This document shows, piece after piece, positions 54,312 through 62,626 of a stretch of 64,000 bases of DNA. The notes under the pieces are model-generated. The model was not told where the DNA came from. It saw nothing but the letters and a program-made list of their open reading frames with translations, and searched no databases. The position numbers and the translations under genes were made by a program. The DNA lies in contig CP140035.1 in NCBI GenBank assembly GCA_039829955.1, positions 18,935 through 82,934 on the forward strand, written 5' to 3'. The DNA comes from Buchnera aphidicola (Nurudea shiraii). GTDB taxonomy: Bacteria; Pseudomonadota; Gammaproteobacteria; Enterobacterales; Enterobacteriaceae. Each line of letters starts with the position of its first letter. Position 1 is the stretch's first letter.

Positions 54312-55003
54312 ATGTATCAAAAAATGTCAAAATCCACTTGGAAGAGATGGTATCCTAAAGAAGCTCAAAAAAAAGATAAAAAAATAATAGACGATATTTC
54401 AAATAAAGATGATAGGAAATATAATAAAAAAAAATTCAAGAAAAAAGAACTAATTTAATTACTGATGTAAACAAAAAAAATAATTTTGAAATTAATAATA
54501 TTGATTATGAAAATGGTTTTCAAAAAGGAGAAAAAGAAGGATTTTTAGCAGGATTTAATAAAGCGCTATTAGAGTTTAACAAAAAAAATAGTTTGTTATT
54601 GGATCAAATAAATAATCTTGTTTTAAGTTTTGATAAAGCATTAACAAAATTAGATGGTGTTATTTCTTCTAATTTAGCATTTTTAGTGATGAGTATTTCT
54701 AAAAAAATTATAGAAAGTACGTCATGTTATGATGATAAAAGTCTACTAAAAAAAATAAAAAAGTTATTTAAAGATGAAAAAATTGTATTTAGCAAACCTA
54801 AATTATTTATTAATCCTTATGATAAAGAAATAGTTGAAGAATATTTTAAAACAATTTTTTTAAAGTATGGGTGGACAATTTTTTATGATAAAAAAGTATC
54901 TAAAGGAGGTTTTATAATATATTCGAAAAATACTATATTGGATTCAACTATGTCAGGGCGTTGGATCGAGTTGTGTAAATTGGTTTTTAAAAAGGAAGAA
55001 TGA
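54312..55003 (+). pseudogene. fliH: Flagellar export protein FliH, interrupted by a frameshift in an A9 tract
   Basis: The ATG 54312 frame (AAGAGG SD 5 nt upstream) gives MYQKMSKSTWKRWYPKE... and stops at 54456-54458. The downstream frame (the ORF-track 54593-55003 piece) is open back to 54428. The two frames meet in A9 (54426-54434). One extra A gives ~230 aa, collinear with E. coli FliH (WKTW motif, GYQEGLAQG-like GFQKGEKEGFLAGF, C-terminal domain). The stop overlaps the fliI ATG (ATGA). Confidence 0.85.
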
Positions 55004-56364
55004 TGAACTTACGATTAGAAAAATGGTTAGAAAAGACATTAATTTATGAAAAAAAAGCAACTCATCTTCCTAGTATAGTACAATATGGACGTTTAGTAGG
55101 ATTCAATGGATCTATTTTAGAGGTCAGTGGTTTACAGTTATCTATTGGATCGATTTGTTATATAGAAGTAGATTTAGGAAGTCATGATATCGATGAAGTA
55201 GAAGCTGAAGTAGTCGGATTTAAAAATAACATATTGCTTTTAATGCCTTTAGAAAATATATCTAATGTTATTTCGGGATCTAGAGTAAGACCAAAATTAA
55301 TAAATGGTGTGAATTATATTGTTAATACATTACCGATATATCAAGGATTATTAGGAAGAGTATTGGATAGTTTAGGAAGGCCATTAGATAATTTAGATAT
55401 AATTAAAGAACATAAAAAAAGTTTATCGCATTCTATAGTAAATCCTTTACATAGGGCTCCTATTGTGGATGTTTTGGACACTGGAGTTCGTGCTATTAAT
55501 GCATTATTAACTATTGGTAGAGGTCAAAGAATTGGATTGTTTTCTAGTTCTGGATTAGGAAAAAGTGTGCTTCTTGGTATGATGACGAAATACACTGAAG
55601 CTGACGTAGTTATATTAAGTTTAATAGGAGAACGTAGTCGAGAGGTAAAAGAATTTATTGAGAGTGTTCTTACTCGAGATGCGCTTAAAAAATCAGTTGT
55701 TGTTGCATCTTCTGCTGAATTTTCTCCTTTATTACAAGTCAAAGGAGCTAACTATGCTGTTCGTATTTCAGAATATTTTCGAGACAAGAATTATCATGTT
55801 TTATTAATAATGGATTCTTTAACACGTTATGCTATGGCTTACAGAGAAATAGCATTATCTGTGGGAGAATTACCTGCTTCTAAGGGTTATCCTCCTTCTG
55901 TTTTTTCTAGGATGTCTTCTCTAATAGAAAGATCAGGAAATGGAAAAAAGAAAGGAGGATCTATTACAGCTTTTTATACAGTTTTAACTGAAGAAGAAGA
56001 AAAATATGATCCTATTGCAGATTCAGCGCGATCTATTTTGGATGGGCACATTATATTATCTCGAGAATATGCCGAATCTGGTCATTATCCTGCTATAAAT
56101 ATTGAAGCTTCTATTAGTCGAGTTATGTCTAACGTTGTGGATTCTGTTCATGATTCTAAAGCTCGTTATTTAAAAAAGTTATTATCATGTTATCAGCGCA
56201 ATCGTGATTTAATTAGTGTAGGTGCTTATGTTTCAGGTACTAATTCTGAATTAGATATAGCTATATCTCTATTACCTAAAATAGAAAAATTTTTACAACA
56301 AGGTATGCATGAAAAAAGTACTTTTTCTGAATCTAAAAAAGATTTGTATGCAATTTTTAGTTAA
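55000..56364 (+). CDS. fliI: Flagellum-specific ATPase FliI
   Basis: 454 aa; Walker A SSSGLGKSVLLGMM, Walker B VLLIMDSLTRYA, F1-ATPase-like fold. Confidence 0.96.
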   Translation: MMNLRLEKWLEKTLIYEKKATHLPSIVQYGRLVGFNGSILEVSGLQLSIGSICYIEVDLGSHDIDEVEAEVVGFKNNILLLMPLENISNVISGSRVRPKLINGVNYIVNTLPIYQGLLGRVLDSLGRPLDNLDIIKEHKKSLSHSIVNPLHRAPIVDVLDTGVRAINALLTIGRGQRIGLFSSSGLGKSVLLGMMTKYTEADVVILSLIGERSREVKEFIESVLTRDALKKSVVVASSAEFSPLLQVKGANYAVRISEYFRDKNYHVLLIMDSLTRYAMAYREIALSVGELPASKGYPPSVFSRMSSLIERSGNGKKKGGSITAFYTVLTEEEEKYDPIADSARSILDGHIILSREYAESGHYPAINIEASISRVMSNVVDSVHDSKARYLKKLLSCYQRNRDLISVGAYVSGTNSELDIAISLLPKIEKFLQQGMHEKSTFSESKKDLYAIFS

Positions 56365-56381
56365 ATAAAGGATCTTAGAAT

Positions 56382-56824
56382 ATGTTCAAAAATAAAAAAT
56401 TTGTTGATTTGTTAGAAAATATTGATAAAAAAAAAATTTACAATTATCGATGATTTTAGAAAAAATCATTTTAAATAAAAAAAAAGTTCAGGAACAGATA
56501 GATTTATTACTAAAATACAAGGATGAATATTTTGTTAAATTAAATCTTAAGATGTGTTCTGGAATTTCCGGTTTTGAACTAAAAAATTATGATAATTTTA
56601 TTAGTTCTTTGGTACATGGAATTAAGAATCAAAAAAAGATTATAGAAAGATATAAACAGCAATATAGTGAATATTTTAATTTATGGAGGAAAAATCAATG
56701 TAGATTAAAGATGTGGAATATAATGCACTTAAAAATTTTAAAACATAATTTAAAATTGATTCAATTAGATGAACAAATACAGCTTGATGAACATGTTCAA
56801 AAATCTTTTTTTAAGAAAAGGTAA
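56382..56824 (+). CDS. fliJ: Flagellar export chaperone FliJ; 5' end out of frame at an A10 tract
   Basis: The 124-aa ORF (56450-56824) aligns with E. coli FliJ from residue ~33 (VQEQIDLLLKYKDEY vs AEEQLKMLIDYQNEY). ATG 56382 (AAGGA upstream) opens a 23-codon frame ending at TGA 56451-56453. One extra A in A10 (56427-56436) fuses them into 147 aa, the E. coli length. Confidence 0.8.
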
Positions 56825-56836
56825 TTTATTACTATT

Positions 56837-58017
56837 ATGTTAAAAATTATAAGTATAGTTACAAATACTTTATTTTGTAAAAATAAAAGTTCTTTTTTTA
56901 GATTAGATTTAAAAAAAAAACTAATTTTTCTGAAAGATTCTTAAAAAAAAATATTGTTCTCGATAGGATAAATGTTTTAAAATATACATCGAGACACGAG
57001 AAAAAAGTTAAAGATTTTCTAGGTGTTTTTTTGAATGTTTATAAAATTAGAAAACGGAAAGACAATTTCCAAAGTGACAATGTTTTATTATATGATTGTG
57101 TTTTTTATAAGGATTATTTTTGTTCTTTTAAAAGAATTATAAAAAATGATAATACAAAAAGTTTTTTTTCTGGTTTAAAAGCATACAATGATATAAAAAA
57201 ACATGTTGGTAACTTGTTTAAAAAAGATGTAATAAAATTTAATAAAATAGCTGTTAATATATTAAAAAAATGTTCTAATCTTTTTCTGATGTCTAAAAAT
57301 TTATATAGGTCCATAGTATATAGCTTTTTGAAAATAGCCACTTTTTCAAGCTATACTATTGATTGTTTAAAATCAAAAAATGATTTTAGTCAATTTTTAT
57401 TGAATTTAAAACTTTCAAAACTTTTAAAAAATTTTTTTAAAAAAAAAATATGTTGTGATGAAGAAACTGGTGATATATTTAACTTTTTTCCAAAAATATG
57501 TTGTTCTACATATCTAAAACAAAATATTCCTAAGCAAAATGAAAAATTTTTTTTATTTCATCATAAAGATGCAAATTTAATTCAAGATAGTTGGATATAC
57601 AATATTCATAAAAAATTATTGACATTTTTTTTTAAAAGTAAAAAAATTATAGAGTTATTTTTTAATTCACAGTATTTAGGATCATTATTTATACGATTAA
57701 AAGTAAAACGAAATCAATCAATTAAATTAGATTTAGTTTCTGATAATAAAATTTTAAAAAAAATGTTAGAATCTGATGTTTCTAACTTTAAAAATACTGT
57801 CTCTAAGTCCGGACTTAAGTTTAAAGATATTACTATTCAGACGAAAAATTTCAAAAAACATACTGTTTCAAAAAATAATTATGATTTTTATAATAGAGCT
57901 GTAAATCTTAATAATTTTTCTAAATTTAAACAACAAAATGATAATTTTTGTAGATTATTATTGTCAGAGTTTTGTTCTCCTATCATAAGTAAAGAAAGTA
58001 TCGATATTTATATTTAA
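56837..58017 (+). CDS. fliK: Flagellar hook-length control protein FliK; probable 5' extension out of frame at an A10 tract
   Basis: The ORF 57031-58017 has only a TTG start and its frame is open back to 56902. C-terminal domain (YLGSLFIRLKVKRNQSIKLDLVSDN...LESDVSNFKNTVSKSGLKF) resembles E. coli FliK (DLGEVQISLKVDDNQAQIQMVSPH...LEAALPVLRTQLAESGIQL). ATG 56837 (MLKIISIVT..., compare E. coli MIRLAPLIT) joins it if A10 (56911-56920) gains one A, giving 393 aa. Confidence 0.75.
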
Positions 58018-58158
58018 TAAGAAATAATGTGTCGTATGTATTATAATATAATTTATGTGCTTTACTTATTGCAACAATTTATTGTTAGTTTAATTTGAAT
58101 TAATTTTTTATATATTTTAATATAATTTGAGAGATATATTTATTTTTAGGGTGTTTTG

Positions 58159-59103
58159 ATGATAAGTAATGTTATTTTAAAAACTAAAAAAAACGATATA
58201 GCCTATAATAATATAAATAAATTTTTTAAAGTTCATGTTTATGATTCTGGATTAGATTATTATACTATGTATCAAATAAAAGAATCTTTAAAAGACATTT
58301 CTATTTTTTTTTCAAAACAAGTTCTTTTAGATTTTTTAGATATTTTAGATGTTAAATTTGATATTAAATTGTATAGCATTCAATTAAAAAAATATAATTG
58401 TGAACAAGATTATTTCAAAGATTCAACGTTGGTAAATATTGGTAATCTTTCTACTTTTTCAGAGATAGGGATAATAGGATTTTCTGACAAGATCATAGAA
58501 TCAATAATAGATGTTCTTTTTGGGGGTAAAAATATACTTCAAGATTGTAGTAATAATTCTTATACATTAAAAAAGTATGATGTAAAAATTATAGAGAAGA
58601 TTATAGACATAATTAAAAAATCATATTGTATGTCTTGGAAGAAAAAACATGGGATAGATATAGAATTTTCTAATTTTCGTCTAGTAGAAAAAGCACATCT
58701 TGATAGTATTATTCCAAATAATAGCATTTTTCTATTTACTATTTTTAAAATAAAATGTGGAAATAAATTAGGATTTTTAAATATTAGTTTGTCGTTTTCG
58801 TTTATTAAAAAATTTAAAAATGAATTGTTAGAAAAGCATAAAAATAAGATTTTTTTTGAAAAAAAGCATGTAGATAAAATTTCATTAAAAATGATATATA
58901 ATTTAAAAATAAATTTAGATGTTAAGTTAGTTGGTCTTTCTCTTTTATTATCTAAAATTTCATTTTTAAAAATTGGTGATATTATTTTTATAAATACTCC
59001 AGAAAATGCTTTAGCATTTTCTAATAATATACCTGTAATATCAGGGAAATATAAAATGTATAAAAATAAATACGTTTTTTTTGTTAAGAATTTTTTAATT
59101 TAA
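58159..59103 (+). CDS. fliM: Flagellar motor switch protein FliM
   Basis: 314 aa from ATG 58159 (the ORF track starts at TTG 58156). VDVLFGG-type motif (IDVLFGGKN) and a C-terminal SpoA-like region (KIGDIIFINTPENALAFSNNIPVISGKY). No N-terminal LSQAEIDALL-type CheY-binding peptide. Confidence 0.88.
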   Translation: MISNVILKTKKNDIAYNNINKFFKVHVYDSGLDYYTMYQIKESLKDISIFFSKQVLLDFLDILDVKFDIKLYSIQLKKYNCEQDYFKDSTLVNIGNLSTFSEIGIIGFSDKIIESIIDVLFGGKNILQDCSNNSYTLKKYDVKIIEKIIDIIKKSYCMSWKKKHGIDIEFSNFRLVEKAHLDSIIPNNSIFLFTIFKIKCGNKLGFLNISLSFSFIKKFKNELLEKHKNKIFFEKKHVDKISLKMIYNLKINLDVKLVGLSLLLSKISFLKIGDIIFINTPENALAFSNNIPVISGKYKMYKNKYVFFVKNFLI

Positions 59104-59125
59104 GATTATTGTAGGAATATAACTT

Positions 59126-59520
59126 ATGAATAATAAAAAAAGTATAACTGGTACTAATAATGTAGATAATGTGGACATGTTAGAAGACATACATTTGAGT
59201 AAAAAAAAAATATTAAAGATGAAAATAATACTATGAATTTAGAAAAACCTATACAAAATTCAAATAATTTAAACTTTGTTATCGATATTCCAGTAGATGT
59301 TACTATTGAGTTAGGTAAGATAGAGGTATCAATTAAAGATCTTTTAAATTTAAGTAAAGGTTCTATATTATCTTTAAATAAATATTCAGGAGAACCGTTA
59401 AATATATTAGTAAACAAATTTATTATTGCTAAAGGAGAATTAGTTATTGTAGAAGAAAGATATGGAATTCGTATTACTAGTATTGTTGATAATTCGCATG
59501 TTTTAGATATTACGAATTAA
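59126..59520 (+). CDS. fliN: Flagellar motor switch protein FliN; 5' end out of frame at an A10 tract
   Basis: The 95-aa ORF (59233-59520) holds the conserved SpoA domain (IDIPVDVTIELGKIEVSIKDLLNLSKGSILSLNKYSGEPLNILVNKFIIAKGELVIVEERYGIRIT). ATG 59126 (AGGA 9 nt upstream) opens a frame that stops at TGA 59234-59236. One extra A in A10 (59201-59210) fuses them into 131 aa (E. coli 137). Confidence 0.85.
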
Positions 59521-59548
59521 TATATTAAAATATTGTGAGAAATTATTT

Positions 59549-59842
59549 ATGGAAAATATGTTTCAATTTACTTTTAAGAATGCAATTTTTTCAAAAATGG
59601 GAGTTCTTTTTTTTAAAATAATTGTAATTTTATTAATATTAATTTGGATATTAAGAAAAATTGGTATTGAAAAAAAAATTATAAATAATACATCTATAAA
59701 AATTTTAGAAAAAGTGTCAATTGGATCTGGAGAAAGCATCGTCATTGTTAATTTAAAAGAAATTAGATTAGTAGTCGGTGTAACTTCAAAAAATATTTCT
59801 CTTTTGTATACGTTGCCTCCGGTAAAAAATGAGAAATATTAG
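59549..59842 (+). CDS. fliO: Flagellar biosynthesis protein FliO
   Basis: 97 aa with one TM segment. IKILEKVSIGSGESIVIVNLKEIRLVVGVTSKNISLLYTLPP matches E. coli FliO LKISASASLGARERVVVVDVEDARLVLGVTAGQINLLHKLPP. Confidence 0.8.
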   Translation: MENMFQFTFKNAIFSKMGVLFFKIIVILLILIWILRKIGIEKKIINNTSIKILEKVSIGSGESIVIVNLKEIRLVVGVTSKNISLLYTLPPVKNEKY

Positions 59843-59866
59843 TAAAAATTAAAATATTCATGATTA

Positions 59867-60631
59867 ATGTGGAAATTTATTAAATATTGTGAGACAAAAA
59901 TGATTTTTCGAATGATATTATTGTTTTTATTATTGTTTTCTCCTGTAGAAAGTGCAAATATTTCTAATTTTTCTATGCATTCTTTACAACATGAGGTAGA
60001 AAATTGGTCTCTTCCGTTACAAATGATGATTTTTTTAACATTGTTGACATTTATCACTCCTATTGTATTGATGATGACTAGTTTTTCTAGAATCATTATT
60101 GTGTTTAGTTTACTACGAAATGCTTTGGGAACTCCATATTCTCCTCCTAATCAAATTTTACTAGGTTTATCTTTATTTTTAACTTTTTTTATTATGGCTC
60201 CAGTATTTGATAAAATTTACCAAGATGCTTATTTACCATTTAGTGAAGATAAGATTAGTATTAGTTCAGCTCTGTCAAAAGGTATTCAACCTCTTCATGA
60301 ATTTATGATTAATCAGACTCGTACAAATGATTTGGCTTTTTTTTCAAAATTGGCTAATATTTCTAGCTTTTCAAGTAAAAGAGAAGTTCCAATGCGTGTT
60401 TTATTACCTTCTTTTGTTACTAGCGAATTAAAAACAGCTTTTCAAATTGGGTTTACTATTTTTATACCGTTTTTAATAATTGATCTAGTAGTAGCTAGTG
60501 TTCTTATGGCTTTAGGGATGATGATGGTACCTCCTTCAACAATATCATTACCTTTTAAGTTAATGCTATTTGTGTTAGTAGATGGATGGAAATTATTAAT
60601 TGCTTCTTTAACTCAAAGTTTTTTTCATTAA
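59867..60631 (+). CDS. fliP: Flagellar export apparatus protein FliP
   Basis: Highly similar to E. coli FliP ([45 protein letters not shown]..., [32 protein letters not shown]). Alternative start at ATG 59900. Confidence 0.95.
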   Translation: MWKFIKYCETKMIFRMILLFLLLFSPVESANISNFSMHSLQHEVENWSLPLQMMIFLTLLTFITPIVLMMTSFSRIIIVFSLLRNALGTPYSPPNQILLGLSLFLTFFIMAPVFDKIYQDAYLPFSEDKISISSALSKGIQPLHEFMINQTRTNDLAFFSKLANISSFSSKREVPMRVLLPSFVTSELKTAFQIGFTIFIPFLIIDLVVASVLMALGMMMVPPSTISLPFKLMLFVLVDGWKLLIASLTQSFFH

Positions 60632-60715
60632 ATTTAAATTTTAATAATTATATTTATAATATATAAAATAATTTTATATTTTTAAGATTTTATACATATT
60701 AAGTTAAGGAAATTT

Positions 60716-60985
60716 ATGACAGTAGAATCTGTAATGACTCTTTTTCAAGAAGCAATGAAAGTAGCTTTAATGCTTGCTTCTCCTTTATTGTTAACTGCAT
60801 TATGTAGTGGTTTAATTATTAGTATCTTACAAGCTGCTACCCAAATAAATGAACAAACTTTATCATTTATTCCTAAAATTATTACAGTTTTATTATCTAT
60901 CACAATTTTTGGTCCATGGATGCTTGCTTTAATCATAGATTATACTCGATCTTTGTTCAATAATTTATCTTTTATAACAAATTAA
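60716..60985 (+). CDS. fliQ: Flagellar export apparatus protein FliQ
   Basis: 89 aa (E. coli 89), two TM segments, ILQAATQINEQTLSFIPKI. Confidence 0.93.
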   Translation: MTVESVMTLFQEAMKVALMLASPLLLTALCSGLIISILQAATQINEQTLSFIPKIITVLLSITIFGPWMLALIIDYTRSLFNNLSFITN

Positions 60986-60988
60986 TTG

Positions 60989-61768
60989 ATGATAAATTTT
61001 AATGTTAATGATTTAATATTTACTTTTTATAATTTTTTATTTTTAGTAGTTCGCGTGTTATCTTTTGTTATTGTTGCTCCATTATTTGGAGATAGTTCTA
61101 TTCCTAAAAAAATTAAATTATTTTTTTCATTTGTTATTAGTTGGTGTTTTACATTTTTTGTTCCTATAACAAATTTAAATTTATTATCTATAGATGGGTT
61201 TTTAGTATTAATAGAGCAAATAATTATTGGTACTTCTTTAGGATTTATTGTGCAATTGATGTTTTCTACAATAAAGATATCTGGAGAAATTATAAGTTTT
61301 CAAATGGGTTTATCGTTTTCGTCTCTGATAGATTGGAATACTCATTCCAATATATCTGTTTTATCTCGTCTTCTTTATATGTTTTTGTTACTTTTGTTTT
61401 TAGAATTCAATGGTCATCTTTGGATGATATCGGTATTATTTGATGTATTTTTGAAAATTCCCATTCAAATAGTGGAGTTTGATTCAAGTTCATTTTTTAA
61501 AATTTTAATAATTTCAAAGTTTATATTCGTTGATGGTCTTATGCTAGTATTTCCAATGGTCATAATTCAGTTAATGTTAAATGTTTCTATGGGTATTTTA
61601 AACAGAATCGCTTCTCAAATTTCTATTTTTTCTGTTGGGTTTTCTTTAACTTTACTGATAGGAATGTATATTTTTTATTTATTCATTCCCATATTTCCTC
61701 TTATTTATAATGATATATTTAATCGTGTAGTATTTTCGTTATCTGTGTTTTTGAAGACATATCTATAA
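60989..61768 (+). CDS. fliR: Flagellar export apparatus protein FliR
   Basis: 259 aa polytopic membrane protein, immediately after fliQ (ATG 60989, or TTG 60986). Size and position match E. coli FliR (261 aa). Confidence 0.88.
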   Translation: MINFNVNDLIFTFYNFLFLVVRVLSFVIVAPLFGDSSIPKKIKLFFSFVISWCFTFFVPITNLNLLSIDGFLVLIEQIIIGTSLGFIVQLMFSTIKISGEIISFQMGLSFSSLIDWNTHSNISVLSRLLYMFLLLLFLEFNGHLWMISVLFDVFLKIPIQIVEFDSSSFFKILIISKFIFVDGLMLVFPMVIIQLMLNVSMGILNRIASQISIFSVGFSLTLLIGMYIFYLFIPIFPLIYNDIFNRVVFSLSVFLKTYL

Positions 61769-61954
61769 AATATATTTTAAAAATATTTATTGTTAAATAG
61801 CTAAATTAATGTTAGACGCATAACATATCAGTGAATTATATTTTATGTTTTTAATTATATTTATATCAATTTGAAAATATATTTAGACTATAATTTAAAT
61901 GTATTTTTTAATAATATAGTTTTAAATATTGAAGTATTTAAATATATTTAAGGT

Positions 61955-62013
61955 ATTATAAAATGCTAATTTATGGATAAGAGATATTTTAATATAATTT
62001 AGCATTTTATAAT
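61955..62013. terminator. Hairpin between convergent fliR and rpmG
   Basis: Perfect 15-bp arms ATTATAAAATGCTAA (61955-61969) / TTAGCATTTTATAAT (61999-62013) with a 29-nt loop, 29 nt beyond the rpmG stop. Confidence 0.4.
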
Positions 62014-62041
62014 TTCAAAAGTATTTTATATTAAAATAAAA

Positions 62042-62209
62042 CTATTTTATTTTTTCTTCTTGATACCATACATGTTTTTTAATAATAGGATCATATTTTT
62101 TTAATTTTAACTTTTTAGTTACAGTTTTTTTATTTTTTGTTGTGGTGTAGTAATGTTTACTACCTGATGAAGACGTTAGTTTAATTTTATTTCGAGAACT
62201 TTTTGACAT
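62042..62209 (-). CDS. rpmG: 50S ribosomal protein L33 (below the ORF-track size cut-off)
   Basis: Hand translation of the minus strand: [55 protein letters not shown], 55 aa. Matches E. coli L33 [55 protein letters not shown]. Confidence 0.93.
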   Translation of the reverse strand: MSKSSRNKIKLTSSSGSKHYYTTTKNKKTVTKKLKLKKYDPIIKKHVWYQEEKIK

Positions 62210-62450
62210 GTTTGTACGCTCTTTTTTTAAGTAGTAGTGTATTTTTTAAAACCCTATCAATTCCTAATTTATCCATGCATCGCATTCCTTTTGCAGATAC
62301 TTTTAATGATATAAATCTATTTTTTTTTGTGTCCCAAAATTTATGTAAATGTAAATTTGGAAAAAATCGCCTTTTAGTAGCGTTCATAGCATGTGATCGA
62401 TGATTTCCAATCATTGGTTTTTTCCCAGTTATCTGACAAACTTTTGACAT
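62187..62450 (-). CDS. rpmB: 50S ribosomal protein L28
   Basis: [39 protein letters not shown]... matches E. coli [39 protein letters not shown]. 87 aa versus 78; the 3' end overlaps the rpmG start by 23 nt. Confidence 0.95.
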   Translation of the reverse strand: MSKVCQITGKKPMIGNHRSHAMNATKRRFFPNLHLHKFWDTKKNRFISLKVSAKGMRCMDKLGIDRVLKNTLLLKKRAYKHVKKFSK

Positions 62451-62626
62451 AACTAAATCACCTACTTAAGTTGATAATAAATTCTTAAATTTTATTTATA
62501 ATGATATTATAAGATGTTATTCAATAGAATTGAATATTAATTTAATTTTATATTTCTAAAATTAGAAAAACATTTTTATTAAATTTTAGAAATTATAAAT
62601 TACATTTTATTAATAAGGCTTGCTTT

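Noticed and set aside
62203-62403. 66-aa plus-strand ORF
   Set aside because: It is antisense to rpmB.
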